64,000 nt of DNA from an uncultured Pelagibacteraceae bacterium (lineage in GTDB: Bacteria; Pseudomonadota; Alphaproteobacteria; Pelagibacterales; Pelagibacteraceae). Position numbers and translations under genes: made by a program. Position 1 is the first letter of the stretch; every line of letters starts with the position of its first letter. The notes below the pieces were generated by a model that was given only the letters and a program-made list of their open reading frames with translations, did not search any database and was not told where the DNA came from. The stretch lies in NCBI GenBank assembly GCA_902633985.1, contig CACPHV010000002.1, positions 45,439-109,438 of the forward strand, written 5' to 3'. Shown piece by piece: positions 40,521 to 51,427 of the stretch.

Positions 40521-40932
40521 GTTTATTTTTTTTTAAGAAAATATAAAACGCTCCTGCACCACCGTCCTTAATTTCAGCATCAGATATTTCATTAATCATA
40601 TTCATCAAGTTTGTATTATTTGAAATATATTCTGGAACAGAGTATTTTAAAATACCTAGATCCTTTGAGACGTATGGATCTTTCTCATTCTCAGAATGAA
40701 GCCCCTTACCAGTAACTACTATTAATTTGTTAACATTTTCTAAAAATGCTTTATTTATAAAATCTTCTATGACTTCGTTGGCTTCATTCAATGTATAGCC
40801 ATGCAAATCTATTGATCTTGTTTTAAATTTAGTTTTATTAGGAAATTTAGAGTCTTTGATATCTAATCTTTCTTTGCTATTAATAAAATTATCCCAATCT
40901 TTCTTGTCTTTATCTGAAATATTGTCAGTCAA
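40510..40932 (-). CDS. Smr/MutS2 domain protein
   Basis: IDLHG, VVTGKG and DGGAGAFY. Confidence 0.92.
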   Translation of the reverse strand: MTDNISDKDKKDWDNFINSKERLDIKDSKFPNKTKFKTRSIDLHGYTLNEANEVIEDFINKAFLENVNKLIVVTGKGLHSENEKDPYVSKDLGILKYSVPEYISNNTNLMNMINEISDAEIKDGGAGAFYIFLKKNKLIK

Positions 40933-41565
40933 TTATGTTAATATATTAACGAGCTGCCAATTAGGGTTTGGAGAAGTTATATCTCTTGAAAACACCCAAG
41001 TGTCATAAATCTTTTTTATTTTTTCTGGATCACCTGACACAATTTTTTTATCTTTATCTCTTATACAAGTGATGACTTCTGCAATAAAATCTACTGTCAC
41101 ATTTAATATTTTACCAATTTTCTTGTGCTCTTTTATTGTTGCTGAATTTACACCAATAAATGTTATTTCCGCATAATGACCTCTAGAACTTCTTTCTTTG
41201 AGCGCTTGATTAAATTGATTGAAAACTTCATTGTTTAAAAGTGATCTGCTAGTTGTGATTTTATTATCATTGTCACTAAAATCAGTAATCACAGTTTCAT
41301 AAGCAATTTTGGCCCCACTCAAAAACTCTTTTTGAGCATCATCATCAAAATTTTCATTAGTTTTTTTATCTTGATTTTGATTTACTGTTTTTAATACCTC
41401 TTTTAACTGAGAAGAAGTTTTACCCTCAAAACCAGTTCTTTTTCCAAGTATTCCTCTTAATCTCAGAAAAATAAAACCAGCAATCATTGCCAATAGAATT
41501 ATATCGATATATTCAAAACTGTAATTCATATTTTTTATAGTAATTACTCTGTTGATTAATTTCAA
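40933..41565 (-). CDS. Tim44/TimA family protein
   Basis: IFLRLRGILGKRTG, FLSGAKIAYE and DTWVFSR...PNWQL. The real start may be MNYSFE. Confidence 0.9.
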   Translation of the reverse strand: MKLINRVITIKNMNYSFEYIDIILLAMIAGFIFLRLRGILGKRTGFEGKTSSQLKEVLKTVNQNQDKKTNENFDDDAQKEFLSGAKIAYETVITDFSDNDNKITTSRSLLNNEVFNQFNQALKERSSRGHYAEITFIGVNSATIKEHKKIGKILNVTVDFIAEVITCIRDKDKKIVSGDPEKIKKIYDTWVFSRDITSPNPNWQLVNILT

Positions 41566-41588
41566 CTAGCAATTTAGATTGAGGACAA

Positions 41589-42011
41589 ATGAACTCAATA
41601 TTATTAGCAATAATCTTGGTGCCAATAATTGAAATTTATCTTTTAATTAAAATTGGTTCAGAAATTGGAGCTTTAACAACCATTTTGCTTATTTTTATTA
41701 CGGCAATTGTTGGGGTTTATTATGCAAAATATGAGGGATTAAACACGCTTAGATCCGGTTTTATGCAGTTGAGTAAAAACGAAACGCCAGCATACGAAGT
41801 TTTATCTGGAGCAGCAATTGCTTTTGCGGCTATATTATTAATTATACCTGGATTTGCTACAGATGTGTTAGGTTTTTTAATAATTTTTCCATTAACTAGA
41901 AAATTTTGTTTTAATTTATTTTTTAAAAAAATTGTAAGAAAAGATAAAAAAAATAATTTCATTGATGGAGAATTTGAGGATATAGAGGACGACAATGACA
42001 GAAAAATTTAA
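41589..42011 (+). CDS. fxsA: FxsA family membrane protein
   Basis: PIIEIYLLI, LLIIPGFATD and IDGEFE. Confidence 0.9.
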   Translation: MNSILLAIILVPIIEIYLLIKIGSEIGALTTILLIFITAIVGVYYAKYEGLNTLRSGFMQLSKNETPAYEVLSGAAIAFAAILLIIPGFATDVLGFLIIFPLTRKFCFNLFFKKIVRKDKKNNFIDGEFEDIEDDNDRKI

Positions 42012-42417
42012 AATATTAGGCAAATATATTAAAGATCTCTCGAGTGAAACACCTGACATAGAGACATATCTTTATGTGAGAGACCGTATTTCATCATATA
42101 AACTTGATATTGATATAAGTTCAAAAGCACTCAAAAACAAAATGATAGAAATTTTTACTACATTTAAGTTTCTTGACAAAGAGGGCAATAAAAAAAAATC
42201 ATATTTTGAAATTGTATACTCAACTGTGATTCGAGTAAATGAAGAAGTAAAAGAGAGAAGAGACTTAGAAAAAATAATATTGGTTGATGTTCAAAATCAA
42301 ATTTATCCAGATTTAGAAAAGGCTCTTTTAAATTTATTACATGATTCAGGCTATCCAGGAATAAAATTTGAAAAAAAAGTAGATTTTGAAAACTTATACT
42401 CTAAGAAATTTAATTAA
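41995..42417 (+). CDS. secB: protein-export chaperone SecB
   Basis: YIKDLSSETP and C-terminal VDFENLY; conserved fxsA-secB-dnaQ synteny. Confidence 0.85.
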   Translation: MTEKFKILGKYIKDLSSETPDIETYLYVRDRISSYKLDIDISSKALKNKMIEIFTTFKFLDKEGNKKKSYFEIVYSTVIRVNEEVKERRDLEKIILVDVQNQIYPDLEKALLNLLHDSGYPGIKFEKKVDFENLYSKKFN

Positions 42418-43085
42418 AAAAAATTTTTTTTCAGGTTGTGTTTTAAATAATTTTCGTGTTTTGTTAATTCCTCTTTTGATGGTTTTATTACTCTTTTGTA
42501 ATATGATATTTTTTTTTTGTTTAATGATAAATTTTCATCTTCGACAATTTCTGAATCTGCCAAATTAAAAGTGGGTTCCCTTTGATCAATTAAATTTATG
42601 TAAACTTTAGCTAATAAATCACAGTCAATTAAAGCTGTATGTTTTACCCTTTTGGTATTATCAATTCTAAATCTTTTACAAAGTGCATCAAGACTGACTG
42701 GCGATCCTGGATATTTGTCTCTTGCTAAAGATAATGTATCTATTATTTCATTTTGTATTTTATTTTGACCTAGTAAGTTTAATTCATTATTTAAATGCGA
42801 TAAGTCAAATTCAGCATTATGAATTATTAATCTTTTATCTTTGATAAAACTTAAAAATTCGTCACTGATTTGATTAAATTTTTTTTTATTTGATAAAAAT
42901 TCATCGGAATAACCATGTATTTCAAAAGCTTTTTCGGAAACTTTCCTTTCTGGATTTAAATAATAGTGAAACCTATTTTTTGTTGGTATCAAGTTATCCA
43001 GCTCTATACATCCAATCTCTACAATTCTGTGCCCATCTTTAACAGATATTCCAGTTGTCTCGGTATCTAACACTATCTCTTTCAT
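42414..43085 (-). CDS. dnaQ: DNA polymerase III epsilon subunit
   Basis: VLDTETTG, HNAEFD, SLDALC and HTALID. Confidence 0.95.
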   Translation of the reverse strand: MKEIVLDTETTGISVKDGHRIVEIGCIELDNLIPTKNRFHYYLNPERKVSEKAFEIHGYSDEFLSNKKKFNQISDEFLSFIKDKRLIIHNAEFDLSHLNNELNLLGQNKIQNEIIDTLSLARDKYPGSPVSLDALCKRFRIDNTKRVKHTALIDCDLLAKVYINLIDQREPTFNLADSEIVEDENLSLNKKKISYYKRVIKPSKEELTKHENYLKHNLKKNFF

Positions 43086-43655
43086 TTATAAAATCCTATA
43101 TAAAATATTTTTTATCTCACTTTTAACATCTTTCTCTCTAAAATTATTTTTAATAATGTAATTTGATTTTTTTTTTTTATAAACTTGAGAAAACTGAATT
43201 TTTTTAAATTTATTATATATTTTTGAATTAAAATTAATTCGTTTTTTTAATTTCTTTTCAACAATAGTTTTTTCCGAGTCAACAAAAACCAAAATATCGT
43301 TTTTTTTATTAATCTTATTTTCTAGCAGAAGGGGGATATCTAAAATTACTATTTTTTTATGTTTATTTTTCTTTAAAAAAATATCTAATTTTTTTTTAAT
43401 TTCTTTGTGAACAATTTTAATTATTTTTTTTAAATTATTTTTATTACTTAATACAGCTTCTATTACTTCTTTTTTTTTTATTGGAAAAGATTTTAAATAC
43501 GCTGGTAATTCTTTGTTTAATTTCTCAAACATTGCTTTATTATTTTTATAAAGTTTAGATACCTCATAATCTGCATCAAATACTGGATAACCAAAATTTT
43601 TTGCTACATAACTTTTTCCAGAACCAATATTTCCTAAAATTCCAATTCTAATCAT
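43086..43655 (-). CDS. coaE: dephospho-CoA kinase
   Basis: GNIGSGKS, FDAD and DIPLLLE. Confidence 0.92.
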   Translation of the reverse strand: MIRIGILGNIGSGKSYVAKNFGYPVFDADYEVSKLYKNNKAMFEKLNKELPAYLKSFPIKKKEVIEAVLSNKNNLKKIIKIVHKEIKKKLDIFLKKNKHKKIVILDIPLLLENKINKKNDILVFVDSEKTIVEKKLKKRINFNSKIYNKFKKIQFSQVYKKKKSNYIIKNNFREKDVKSEIKNILYRIL

Positions 43656-44445
43656 TTTCTAAAAGTCTAAGTGTCTTGGCATTTATTTTGGGCTCTACCC
43701 CGTGCCATAATTTAAATGATTCCGAGGCCTGATAGACAAACATTAATTTTCCATTTTCTGATCGATTTCCGAGTTTTTTTCCTTCCTTTAAAAAATTGGT
43801 TTCACTTGGATTATAAATTACATCATAAAATAATTTATTATCACCAATATTAGAGAAATTTAAATTTATAACTTCATTTTTTAGACCAAGGCTTGTAGCA
43901 TTTATTATCATATCAAACTTTGGTATATTGCCCCAATCTAAAACATTTATAATTCCAAATTGAGATTTTAAATCTTCTGCTTTTTGCTTGGTTCTGTTTG
44001 AAACAATTATCTTTGAAACATTCATTTTATTTAAAGCATAAATTATAGAATAAACAACGCCCCCAGCACCCAAAATAAAAATTTTTTTATCTTCAATATT
44101 AAAATTTAAATTTTTAATTGCTTGAGTAAAACCAGAAACGTCCGTATTGTGACCCACCAGAGTATCATTATTCAAAATTATTGTATTTACCGATTGTGTT
44201 TGCTCTGCATCTGGGCTTAATTTATCTAAATAAGGAATTACTGCTTTTTTAAATGGAACAGTAACATTAATTCCGCTTATTTTTTTTTCTTTAATTTCAG
44301 AAATTATAAATTGCAAGTCTTTCTCATAAATTTTTTTTTTATCATATACAGCATCAATTTTATTTTCTTTAAACCAATAGTTATGAAGTTTGGGCGATAA
44401 AGAATGATCAATAGGATTTCCAATTACAAAATATTTTTTCATCAC
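43648..44445 (-). CDS. aroE: shikimate dehydrogenase
   Basis: HSLSPKLH, NVTVPFK, SVNT, NTD and NATSLG. Confidence 0.95.
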   Translation of the reverse strand: MMKKYFVIGNPIDHSLSPKLHNYWFKENKIDAVYDKKKIYEKDLQFIISEIKEKKISGINVTVPFKKAVIPYLDKLSPDAEQTQSVNTIILNNDTLVGHNTDVSGFTQAIKNLNFNIEDKKIFILGAGGVVYSIIYALNKMNVSKIIVSNRTKQKAEDLKSQFGIINVLDWGNIPKFDMIINATSLGLKNEVINLNFSNIGDNKLFYDVIYNPSETNFLKEGKKLGNRSENGKLMFVYQASESFKLWHGVEPKINAKTLRLLEND

Positions 44446-45026
44446 AATGTGCTTATGTATTCCTTAATTTTTTTTACAGGAAGCCCCATAATTGTATCCT
44501 TATCACCCTCTATCTTTGCAAACAAATTTCTGCCCTCTCCTTCTATTTGGTAGACATTATATGCATAAAGAGTTTCATCAGATATTTTAGATAAATATCT
44601 TTTTAATTCGTCATCAGAAAAATTTTTCATGGTTAACTTTGCTTTATCAGTATAGTTCCAAATCATGGATCCATTTTTTGATATGCAAACAGAACTAATT
44701 AATAAATGCGATTTACCATTAAGTTTTCTTAATATTTTCATTGCTTCTTCCCTGGTCTCTGGTTTAGATATTAATTCACCCTCTAAATCTATCACACTAT
44801 CTGCTCCTAAGACTATTTCATTAGTTTTTCTCATGCTAACTTTATTTGCTTTCAGTTCAGCTAAATTTTTTGAAATTATTTCTGAGGTTGCTTGTTCTTT
44901 TAATAAGCTCTTTTTAACAGGATCCTCGTCTATGTTTGATGGTTCTACAACACATTCAATGTCGTTTTTATTTAAAATATCTTTTCTGACCTCGCTTTTT
45001 GAAGCAAGAATTATTTTATTTAACAT
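44442..45026 (-). CDS. maf: Maf family nucleotide pyrophosphatase
   Basis: ILASKSEVR, LGADS, SKP and IMGLP. Confidence 0.92.
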   Translation of the reverse strand: MLNKIILASKSEVRKDILNKNDIECVVEPSNIDEDPVKKSLLKEQATSEIISKNLAELKANKVSMRKTNEIVLGADSVIDLEGELISKPETREEAMKILRKLNGKSHLLISSVCISKNGSMIWNYTDKAKLTMKNFSDDELKRYLSKISDETLYAYNVYQIEGEGRNLFAKIEGDKDTIMGLPVKKIKEYISTL

Positions 45027-45843
45027 TGTTTAAATATATTTCGTGAATTTTAATTATGGAAGCTGCTGTTTCTTCAACAGACTTTCTTGTTACATCTATA
45101 AGGGGCCATTTATATTTTTGGAATGTTTTTTTTGCTTCCAAGACCTCTTTTTTGATATTTTCTAAATCTGTGTATTGAATATTTTCTGTTTCTTTTAAAG
45201 AATTCATTCTATTTTTTCTCAAATCAGCCAGTCTTTCTGGCTCTGTACTTAATCCAACAACACAAGTTAGTTGGGGATTTTTTTTAATGGACTCTGGCAG
45301 AGAATTTTCATTCACTAAAGGAATGTTTGACGTTTTAAAACCTTTGTTAGCTAAATAGATAGATGTTGGAGTCTTGCTTGTTCTGCTTACACCCACAAGA
45401 ATAATATCTGATTTGTCTACTTCGTTTATTAAATTTCCATCATCATGATTCATTGTAAATTGAATTGCTTCAATTCTGTCATAATATTCATCATTTAAAA
45501 TGTGTTGACCGCTCGGTTCATGGGTTGCTTTTTGATTTAATATTTTTGAAAAATTTAAAATTAAATTTCCCAAAACTCCAAAGCAAGGAATTTTTTTGTT
45601 TTCACTGGTGTTTGCCAAATATTTGGCTAAATTATTGTCAACAATAGTATATAGAATTATTGCGTTTGTATTTTTTTCTGCATCTTCTAAAATTTTTAAA
45701 ATTTGATTTTCTGTCCTGGTAAAAGAATAAGAATGAACCTTATATTCTATATTTAAAAATTGCGCCTTAAGTGCTAGAAATATTCTGTCCAATGTTTCTC
45801 CGGTAGAGTCAGATATTAAATAAATTTGGTATGTATTGCTCAT
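45016..45843 (-). CDS. ppsR: PEP synthase/PPDK regulatory kinase-pyrophosphorylase (DUF299)
   Basis: SDSTGET, HDDG, GVSRTSKTPTS and SVEETA. Confidence 0.9.
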   Translation of the reverse strand: MSNTYQIYLISDSTGETLDRIFLALKAQFLNIEYKVHSYSFTRTENQILKILEDAEKNTNAIILYTIVDNNLAKYLANTSENKKIPCFGVLGNLILNFSKILNQKATHEPSGQHILNDEYYDRIEAIQFTMNHDDGNLINEVDKSDIILVGVSRTSKTPTSIYLANKGFKTSNIPLVNENSLPESIKKNPQLTCVVGLSTEPERLADLRKNRMNSLKETENIQYTDLENIKKEVLEAKKTFQKYKWPLIDVTRKSVEETAASIIKIHEIYLNNVK

Positions 45844-46110
45844 GAATAAATTGTTAATAATTTTGTATTATTTTAGTTAATTTATACAATTTTAAATTTC
45901 ATAAATAATTTTTGTAAAATCTAGTTTTTACTAACATTATTAATAAATAGGTTTAAACAATCCACAAAAATTAACATAGTCAAAAAAGCTACATTTTAAA
46001 CAGTTTTGCTTTCTGAAGGTGTTAGTAAGCTGTGAATATTATGTTTATAAAAAATAATCACCTTTATTCACAGGATATATTACAACTACAATAATTAATA
46101 ATATTTATTT
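45844..46110. other. predicted chromosomal replication origin (oriC)
   Basis: 267-bp AT-rich gap upstream of hemE, the typical alphaproteobacterial position. Consensus DnaA box TTATTCACA at 46064-46072; near-matches at 45852 (TGTTAATAA), 46031 (TGTGAATAT), 46042 (TGTTTATAA) and 45958 (CAATCCACA). mnmG/parAB/parS lie nearby. Confidence 0.82.
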
Positions 46111-47115
46111 ATGAAACCTTTAAACAAAGTAATAGTTAACAATGATACTTCCTTTAATCCTATATGGATAATGAGACAAGCAGGAAGATATTTGCCAGAA
46201 TTTAAAAAAATTAGAAAAGAAAATCCTAATTTTATTAATTTATGTTTAAATGATGATTTATCTACAGAAATAACACTGCAACCTTTAAGAAGATTTGATT
46301 TGGATGCTGCAATTATATTTTCAGATATATTAATGCTTCCTTATGGACTAGGTCAAAAAGTTGAGTTTGAAAAAAATTTTGGACCAAAATTAGGAGAATT
46401 AAATTTAAATGAAATTGCTAAGATTGATGAAATTGATTTTGTAGAAAAAATACACCGTGTTTATAAAGCAATAAAAAAAGTTAGTTTGGATCCTAGTTTA
46501 ACCAGTAAAAATACTATTGGGTTTGTTGGTGCTCCATGGACATTATTAGTTTATATGATTAATCAGCAATCACCTAAAAAAAGTCTTAAAAAGGATTTCT
46601 TTAAAGATGAATTTTTAATAAATAGAATTTTATTAATTATTGAAAAATTTTTAAAAGTTCATGTAAAAAACCAAATTGATAATGGTGCTAATATAATTCA
46701 AATCTTTGATAGCTGGGCTGGCTTGTTGGAAGAAAAAGATTTACCTAATTATGTTTATTCTCCAACTTTAAATTTAGTAAATTATATTAAGTCTTTAAAT
46801 GTACCAGTGATATGTTTCCCTAGAGAAATTAAAAATTATAAAGAATTTTGCGAAATTATTAAACCTGATGCTATCAGTATTGATTATAATGTTGATCCAA
46901 AAAAGATACTTAGAGATATAAAAATTCCTATACAGGGAGGTATGGATCCTAAAATTTTATTAACAGATAAAGAAAAATTAAAAAAAGAAGCTTCTAATTA
47001 TTTGGAAATTTTTCAAGATCATCCATATATATTTAATCTAGGTCATGGTATTTTGCCCGAAACAGAGCCAGAAATGGTTGAAAACTTAATTAAAATAGTA
47101 AAAGACTTTAAATGA
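46111..47115 (+). CDS. hemE: uroporphyrinogen decarboxylase
   Basis: WIMRQAGRYLPE, AAIIFSDIL, QIFDSWAG and NLGHGI. Confidence 0.97.
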   Translation: MKPLNKVIVNNDTSFNPIWIMRQAGRYLPEFKKIRKENPNFINLCLNDDLSTEITLQPLRRFDLDAAIIFSDILMLPYGLGQKVEFEKNFGPKLGELNLNEIAKIDEIDFVEKIHRVYKAIKKVSLDPSLTSKNTIGFVGAPWTLLVYMINQQSPKKSLKKDFFKDEFLINRILLIIEKFLKVHVKNQIDNGANIIQIFDSWAGLLEEKDLPNYVYSPTLNLVNYIKSLNVPVICFPREIKNYKEFCEIIKPDAISIDYNVDPKKILRDIKIPIQGGMDPKILLTDKEKLKKEASNYLEIFQDHPYIFNLGHGILPETEPEMVENLIKIVKDFK

Positions 47116-48107
47116 TTGAAAAAAATCACCCCGCTGTAAAATATGGCAATACAGGTGTACTTATAATAAATCTGGGCACACCTGATTCAACTAATTGGTT
47201 TGATATTAGAAAATACTTAAAAGAGTTTCTCTCTGACAGAAGAGTTATTGAGGTAAATCCAGTTGTCTGGCAAATAATTTTGAATTTGTTTATTTTAAAC
47301 TTTAGACCTTCAAAAACTGCTAAAGCTTATAAAGAAATCTGGATGGAGGATAAAAATATATCACCACTTCTTTATTACACCAAAAAGCAAAGTGAGAAAA
47401 TTTCAAATTCTCTATCAAAAGATAATGTCATTATAGATTATGCTATGAGATATGGAAATCCAAGTATTAAGAGCAAGATTCATAAATTGCATAAAATGGG
47501 TTGTGAAAACTTAGTGATACTTCCTCTTTATCCTCAATATGCTGCAGCTACAACGGCAACAGTTTGTGATGAGGTATACAGGACTTTAATGAAAATGAGA
47601 TGGCAACCCTCTTTAAAAATAATTCCTCACTACGAATCCGATCCACTTTATATTGATGCTCTCGTTAATTCGATTAATAGAAAAATAAAAGAAATCAGCT
47701 GGAAGCCAGATCTAATTATAGCCTCTTATCACGGGATACCAAAAAAATACTTTGATAAAGGCGATCCTTATCATTGTTATTGTCATAAAACGACAAGACT
47801 TATTTCAGAAAAATTTACTTCAATTGAAATTAAAACTACATTTCAATCAAGATTTGGTCCGCAAGAGTGGCTCCAGCCATATACTGACAAGACTTTAGAA
47901 AATTTGCCCAAAGAAGGTGTCAAAAATGTCCTTACAATCTGTCCAGGGTTTGCTTCTGATTGTGTGGAGACTTTAGAAGAAATACAAATTCAAGCTAAAG
48001 AAAGTTTTTTAAATTCAGGTGGAGAAAATTTTGATATGGTCCCCTGTTTAAATGATAATAGTGATCATATAACTTTACTAAACTCCTTAATCGAAAGAAA
48101 TATCTGA
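47112..48107 (+). CDS. hemH: ferrochelatase
   Basis: NLGTP, MRYGNP, PLYPQY, SYHGIP, QSRFG and DCVETLEE. Confidence 0.96.
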   Translation: MIEKNHPAVKYGNTGVLIINLGTPDSTNWFDIRKYLKEFLSDRRVIEVNPVVWQIILNLFILNFRPSKTAKAYKEIWMEDKNISPLLYYTKKQSEKISNSLSKDNVIIDYAMRYGNPSIKSKIHKLHKMGCENLVILPLYPQYAAATTATVCDEVYRTLMKMRWQPSLKIIPHYESDPLYIDALVNSINRKIKEISWKPDLIIASYHGIPKKYFDKGDPYHCYCHKTTRLISEKFTSIEIKTTFQSRFGPQEWLQPYTDKTLENLPKEGVKNVLTICPGFASDCVETLEEIQIQAKESFLNSGGENFDMVPCLNDNSDHITLLNSLIERNI

Positions 48108-48110
48108 TAT

Positions 48111-48545
48111 ATGAATTCGTATTTATTATTTAAATCTTTACATTTAATTGCTGTTGTTTCTTGGATGGCTGGTCTTTTGTATCTTCCTCGAATTTTTGTT
48201 TATCATGTTGAAAATAAAGAGAAAAAAGAAGCAACTGATATATTTGAGGTGATGGAAAAAAAATTATTTTTTTACATTATGCGACCTGCAATGATTTTTA
48301 CTTGGGTTTTTGGGTTAGTATTAATTTATCTCAATGGAATAGACATTTTCTCTCAATTATGGTTTCAAATAAAGATAGTCTTGGTGATATTGTTATCAGC
48401 TTACAATGATTATTTAGGGAAATGTCTTGTTGCTCTAAAAAATTCTACAAACACAAAATCTTCAAAATTCTTTAGAATTATTAACGAAATACCCACTGTA
48501 ATCTTAATTGTTGTTATATTTTTAGCTATTTTTAAGCCAATCTAG
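48111..48545 (+). CDS. hemJ: protoporphyrinogen oxidase HemJ
   Basis: KSLHLIAVVSWMAGLLYLPRIFVYH and FRIINEIPT. Confidence 0.93.
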   Translation: MNSYLLFKSLHLIAVVSWMAGLLYLPRIFVYHVENKEKKEATDIFEVMEKKLFFYIMRPAMIFTWVFGLVLIYLNGIDIFSQLWFQIKIVLVILLSAYNDYLGKCLVALKNSTNTKSSKFFRIINEIPTVILIVVIFLAIFKPI

Positions 48546-48611
48546 GGTTGAAATAACGACAGCAGTATATATATTATATCCATCTGATAAGCCCTTATCA
48601 AAAAATTAATC

Positions 48612-49880
48612 ATGAATATTCAAGAACTAAAACTAAAATCATCTGAACAGCTTATTACGCAAGCAGAAGAGCTTGGTATTGAAAATGCCAGCACATTAAG
48701 AAAACAAGAAATACTTTTTGCAATCCTTAAAAAAGTTGCTGAAAAAGAGGAAATTACTGGTGTAGGTGTTTTGCAGTTATTACAAGACGGCTTTGGGTTC
48801 CTAAGAGCAATGGAATCAAATTATCTTCCAGGACCTGATGATATTTATGTGAGTCCAAGTCAAATAAGAAAATTTGGATTGCGAACTGGAGATACGGTTG
48901 AAGGTCCAGTGAGAGCACCTAAAGAAGGAGAAAGATATTTTGCGTTATTACAAGTTAGTAAGATAAATTTTGAAGAACCAGAAAAAGCAAGACATAAAAT
49001 TGCATTTGATAACTTGACGCCACTATATCCAGATAAACAATTAGTGATGGAAGTTGAAACTACAAAAGTTGAAAAAAAACAAGATTTAACCCCAAGACTT
49101 ATTGATCTAGTTAGTCCAATCGGTAAAGGGCAAAGATCTATAATTATTTCGCCACCAAAGGCTGGAAAAACAATGATTTTGCAAAGTATAGCAAACTCAA
49201 TAGCTAAAAATTATCCAGAATGTTACCTGATGGTGCTGCTGATTGATGAGCGTCCAGAAGAAGTAACAGACATGCAAAGAACAGTAAAAGGTGAGGTAAT
49301 TAGCTCCACTTTCGATGAACCAGCTCAAAGGCACGTAGCTGTAGCTGAAATGGTTATTGAAAAAGCAAAAAGACTAACTGAGCATAAAAAAGATGTTATT
49401 ATTTTGTTAGATTCTATAACAAGATTAGGAAGAGCTTATAACGCAGTAATACCAAGTTCTGGTAAAGTTTTAACAGGGGGAGTTGATGCAAATGCACTCC
49501 AAAGACCTAAAAGATTTTTTGGTGCAGCAAGAAACATTGAGGAAGGTGGTTCATTAACAATTATTTCTACGGCTTTAATTGATACAGGAAGTAGAATGGA
49601 TGAAGTTATTTTTGAAGAATTTAAAGGAACAGGTAATAGCGAAACAATACTAGATAGAAAAATCGCAGATAAAAGAATATACCCAGCGATTGATATAACA
49701 AAATCAGGCACAAGAAGAGAAGAATTATTATTTGATAAAAATGATCTACAAAAAATGAACGTGCTTAGAAGAATAATTGCTCCAATGGGAACCATGGATG
49801 CAATTGAGTTTATTAACTCAAAATTAAAAGACACAAAAAATAATGCTGAGTTTTTTAACTCAATGAATAAACCAGCTTAA
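48612..49880 (+). CDS. rho: transcription termination factor Rho
   Basis: [31 protein letters not shown] and FKGTGN. Confidence 0.98.
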   Translation: MNIQELKLKSSEQLITQAEELGIENASTLRKQEILFAILKKVAEKEEITGVGVLQLLQDGFGFLRAMESNYLPGPDDIYVSPSQIRKFGLRTGDTVEGPVRAPKEGERYFALLQVSKINFEEPEKARHKIAFDNLTPLYPDKQLVMEVETTKVEKKQDLTPRLIDLVSPIGKGQRSIIISPPKAGKTMILQSIANSIAKNYPECYLMVLLIDERPEEVTDMQRTVKGEVISSTFDEPAQRHVAVAEMVIEKAKRLTEHKKDVIILLDSITRLGRAYNAVIPSSGKVLTGGVDANALQRPKRFFGAARNIEEGGSLTIISTALIDTGSRMDEVIFEEFKGTGNSETILDRKIADKRIYPAIDITKSGTRREELLFDKNDLQKMNVLRRIIAPMGTMDAIEFINSKLKDTKNNAEFFNSMNKPA

Positions 49881-49942
49881 AAGAATTTTTCATTACAATT
49901 TTAAGTTTTACAGAGACATAAATTTGAAGATATAATCTTTGA

Positions 49943-51310
49943 ATGACAATTTATGCTTTATCGAGTGGTCCCGGTATATCAGGTGTAGCTGTAATAAGAC
50001 TTTCAGGACAAGACACCTCAAAAGTAATTCAACTTTTAACTGGTAAGGAGCCACCTAAGCCGAGAGTAGCAACATTAAGAAAAATCAATAAAATCAACAC
50101 TTCTGAGCTGATTGATGAGGGATTAATCCTCTGGTTTCCTGGCCCTGAGAGCTACACAGGCGAAGATATGGCTGAAATTCAAGTTCATGGCAGTAAAGCT
50201 GTTGTGGATGCCCTGCACTCCTCTCTTTCAGATATAGAAAATTGTAGATTAGCTGAGCCAGGTGAATTTACAAAATTAGCATTTCAAAATGGAAAAATAA
50301 ATTTACTAAAAGCAGAAAGTATTGCTGATTTAATTTCGTCAGAAACAGAAATTCAAAGACAACAAGCAATTAAAATTATGAATGGAAAATCAGCAGACCA
50401 ATTTAATTTTTTAAGAGAAAAACTTTTGAAAATTTTATCACATGTTGAAGCTAAAATAGATTTTCCAGATGAGGATTTGCCAAATAATATTTTGAATGAA
50501 ATTAAAAATAGTTCTGACGAGATAATAGTAAAAATAAAAAAAATATTAAATGATCAAAAAGTTGGAGAAAGAATTAGAGAAGGTTTTAAGATTGCTATAG
50601 TTGGTCCCACTAATGCTGGAAAATCTAGTTTAATGAATTATTTATCTAATCGTGATGTTGCAATTGTTTCTGAAATAGCTGGAACTACTAGAGATGTAAT
50701 TGAAACTCATCTTAATATAAATGGTTATCCTGTCATTATTTCTGATACGGCTGGAATAAGGGATTCTAAAGATGAGATCGAAAAAAAAGGTATTAAATTA
50801 GCGCTTCAAAAAGCGGAGGAGTCAGACCTAAAAATAGTAGTTTTACACCCAGAAAATCTAGATTTTAAGCCATTTTTAGAGGACTCTAACTCTGAAAATA
50901 CAATAGTAGTTCTGAATAAATCAGATATTAAATTAGGCAAACCTCCCGGTATAGGAAATTATTTTAGGTTTAATCATTTAGGAAAAAATCTTAAAGATAT
51001 AAATATTATTCATACGTCTATTAAAGAAGAAGAAAATTTAGTTGATCTAATAAATGCAATCAAAGAAAAATTAAAAAATAAGTTTATATCAAGTGATGAT
51101 ATTTTAATTACAAGAGAGAGACACAGACAACATCTGCAACAGTGTTTGGATCATCTAAATAACTTTAATCAAAAAAAAGAAATCGAAGATTTTGATAAAG
51201 CTGCAGAAGATTTAAGATTAGCTACTAGACATTTAGGTATGATAGTTGGAAAAGTTGATGTAGAGGAGATATTAGGTAGTATTTTCAACGATTTTTGTAT
51301 CGGCAAGTAA
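49943..51310 (+). CDS. mnmE: tRNA modification GTPase
   Basis: SYTGED, GPTNAGKSS, GTTRD, DTAGIR, NKSD and FCIGK. Confidence 0.97.
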   Translation: MTIYALSSGPGISGVAVIRLSGQDTSKVIQLLTGKEPPKPRVATLRKINKINTSELIDEGLILWFPGPESYTGEDMAEIQVHGSKAVVDALHSSLSDIENCRLAEPGEFTKLAFQNGKINLLKAESIADLISSETEIQRQQAIKIMNGKSADQFNFLREKLLKILSHVEAKIDFPDEDLPNNILNEIKNSSDEIIVKIKKILNDQKVGERIREGFKIAIVGPTNAGKSSLMNYLSNRDVAIVSEIAGTTRDVIETHLNINGYPVIISDTAGIRDSKDEIEKKGIKLALQKAEESDLKIVVLHPENLDFKPFLEDSNSENTIVVLNKSDIKLGKPPGIGNYFRFNHLGKNLKDINIIHTSIKEEENLVDLINAIKEKLKNKFISSDDILITRERHRQHLQQCLDHLNNFNQKKEIEDFDKAAEDLRLATRHLGMIVGKVDVEEILGSIFNDFCIGK

Positions 51311-51427
51311 TACCCTATTTTGCTGGTTTTTTGCACTTTTTCTATCAAAAAACGTTGATAAATAAAGCTTATTTACAAAAAATTAAGCCTATCTTGTAAA
51401 TTATATAATCACATATAGATTTGGATT

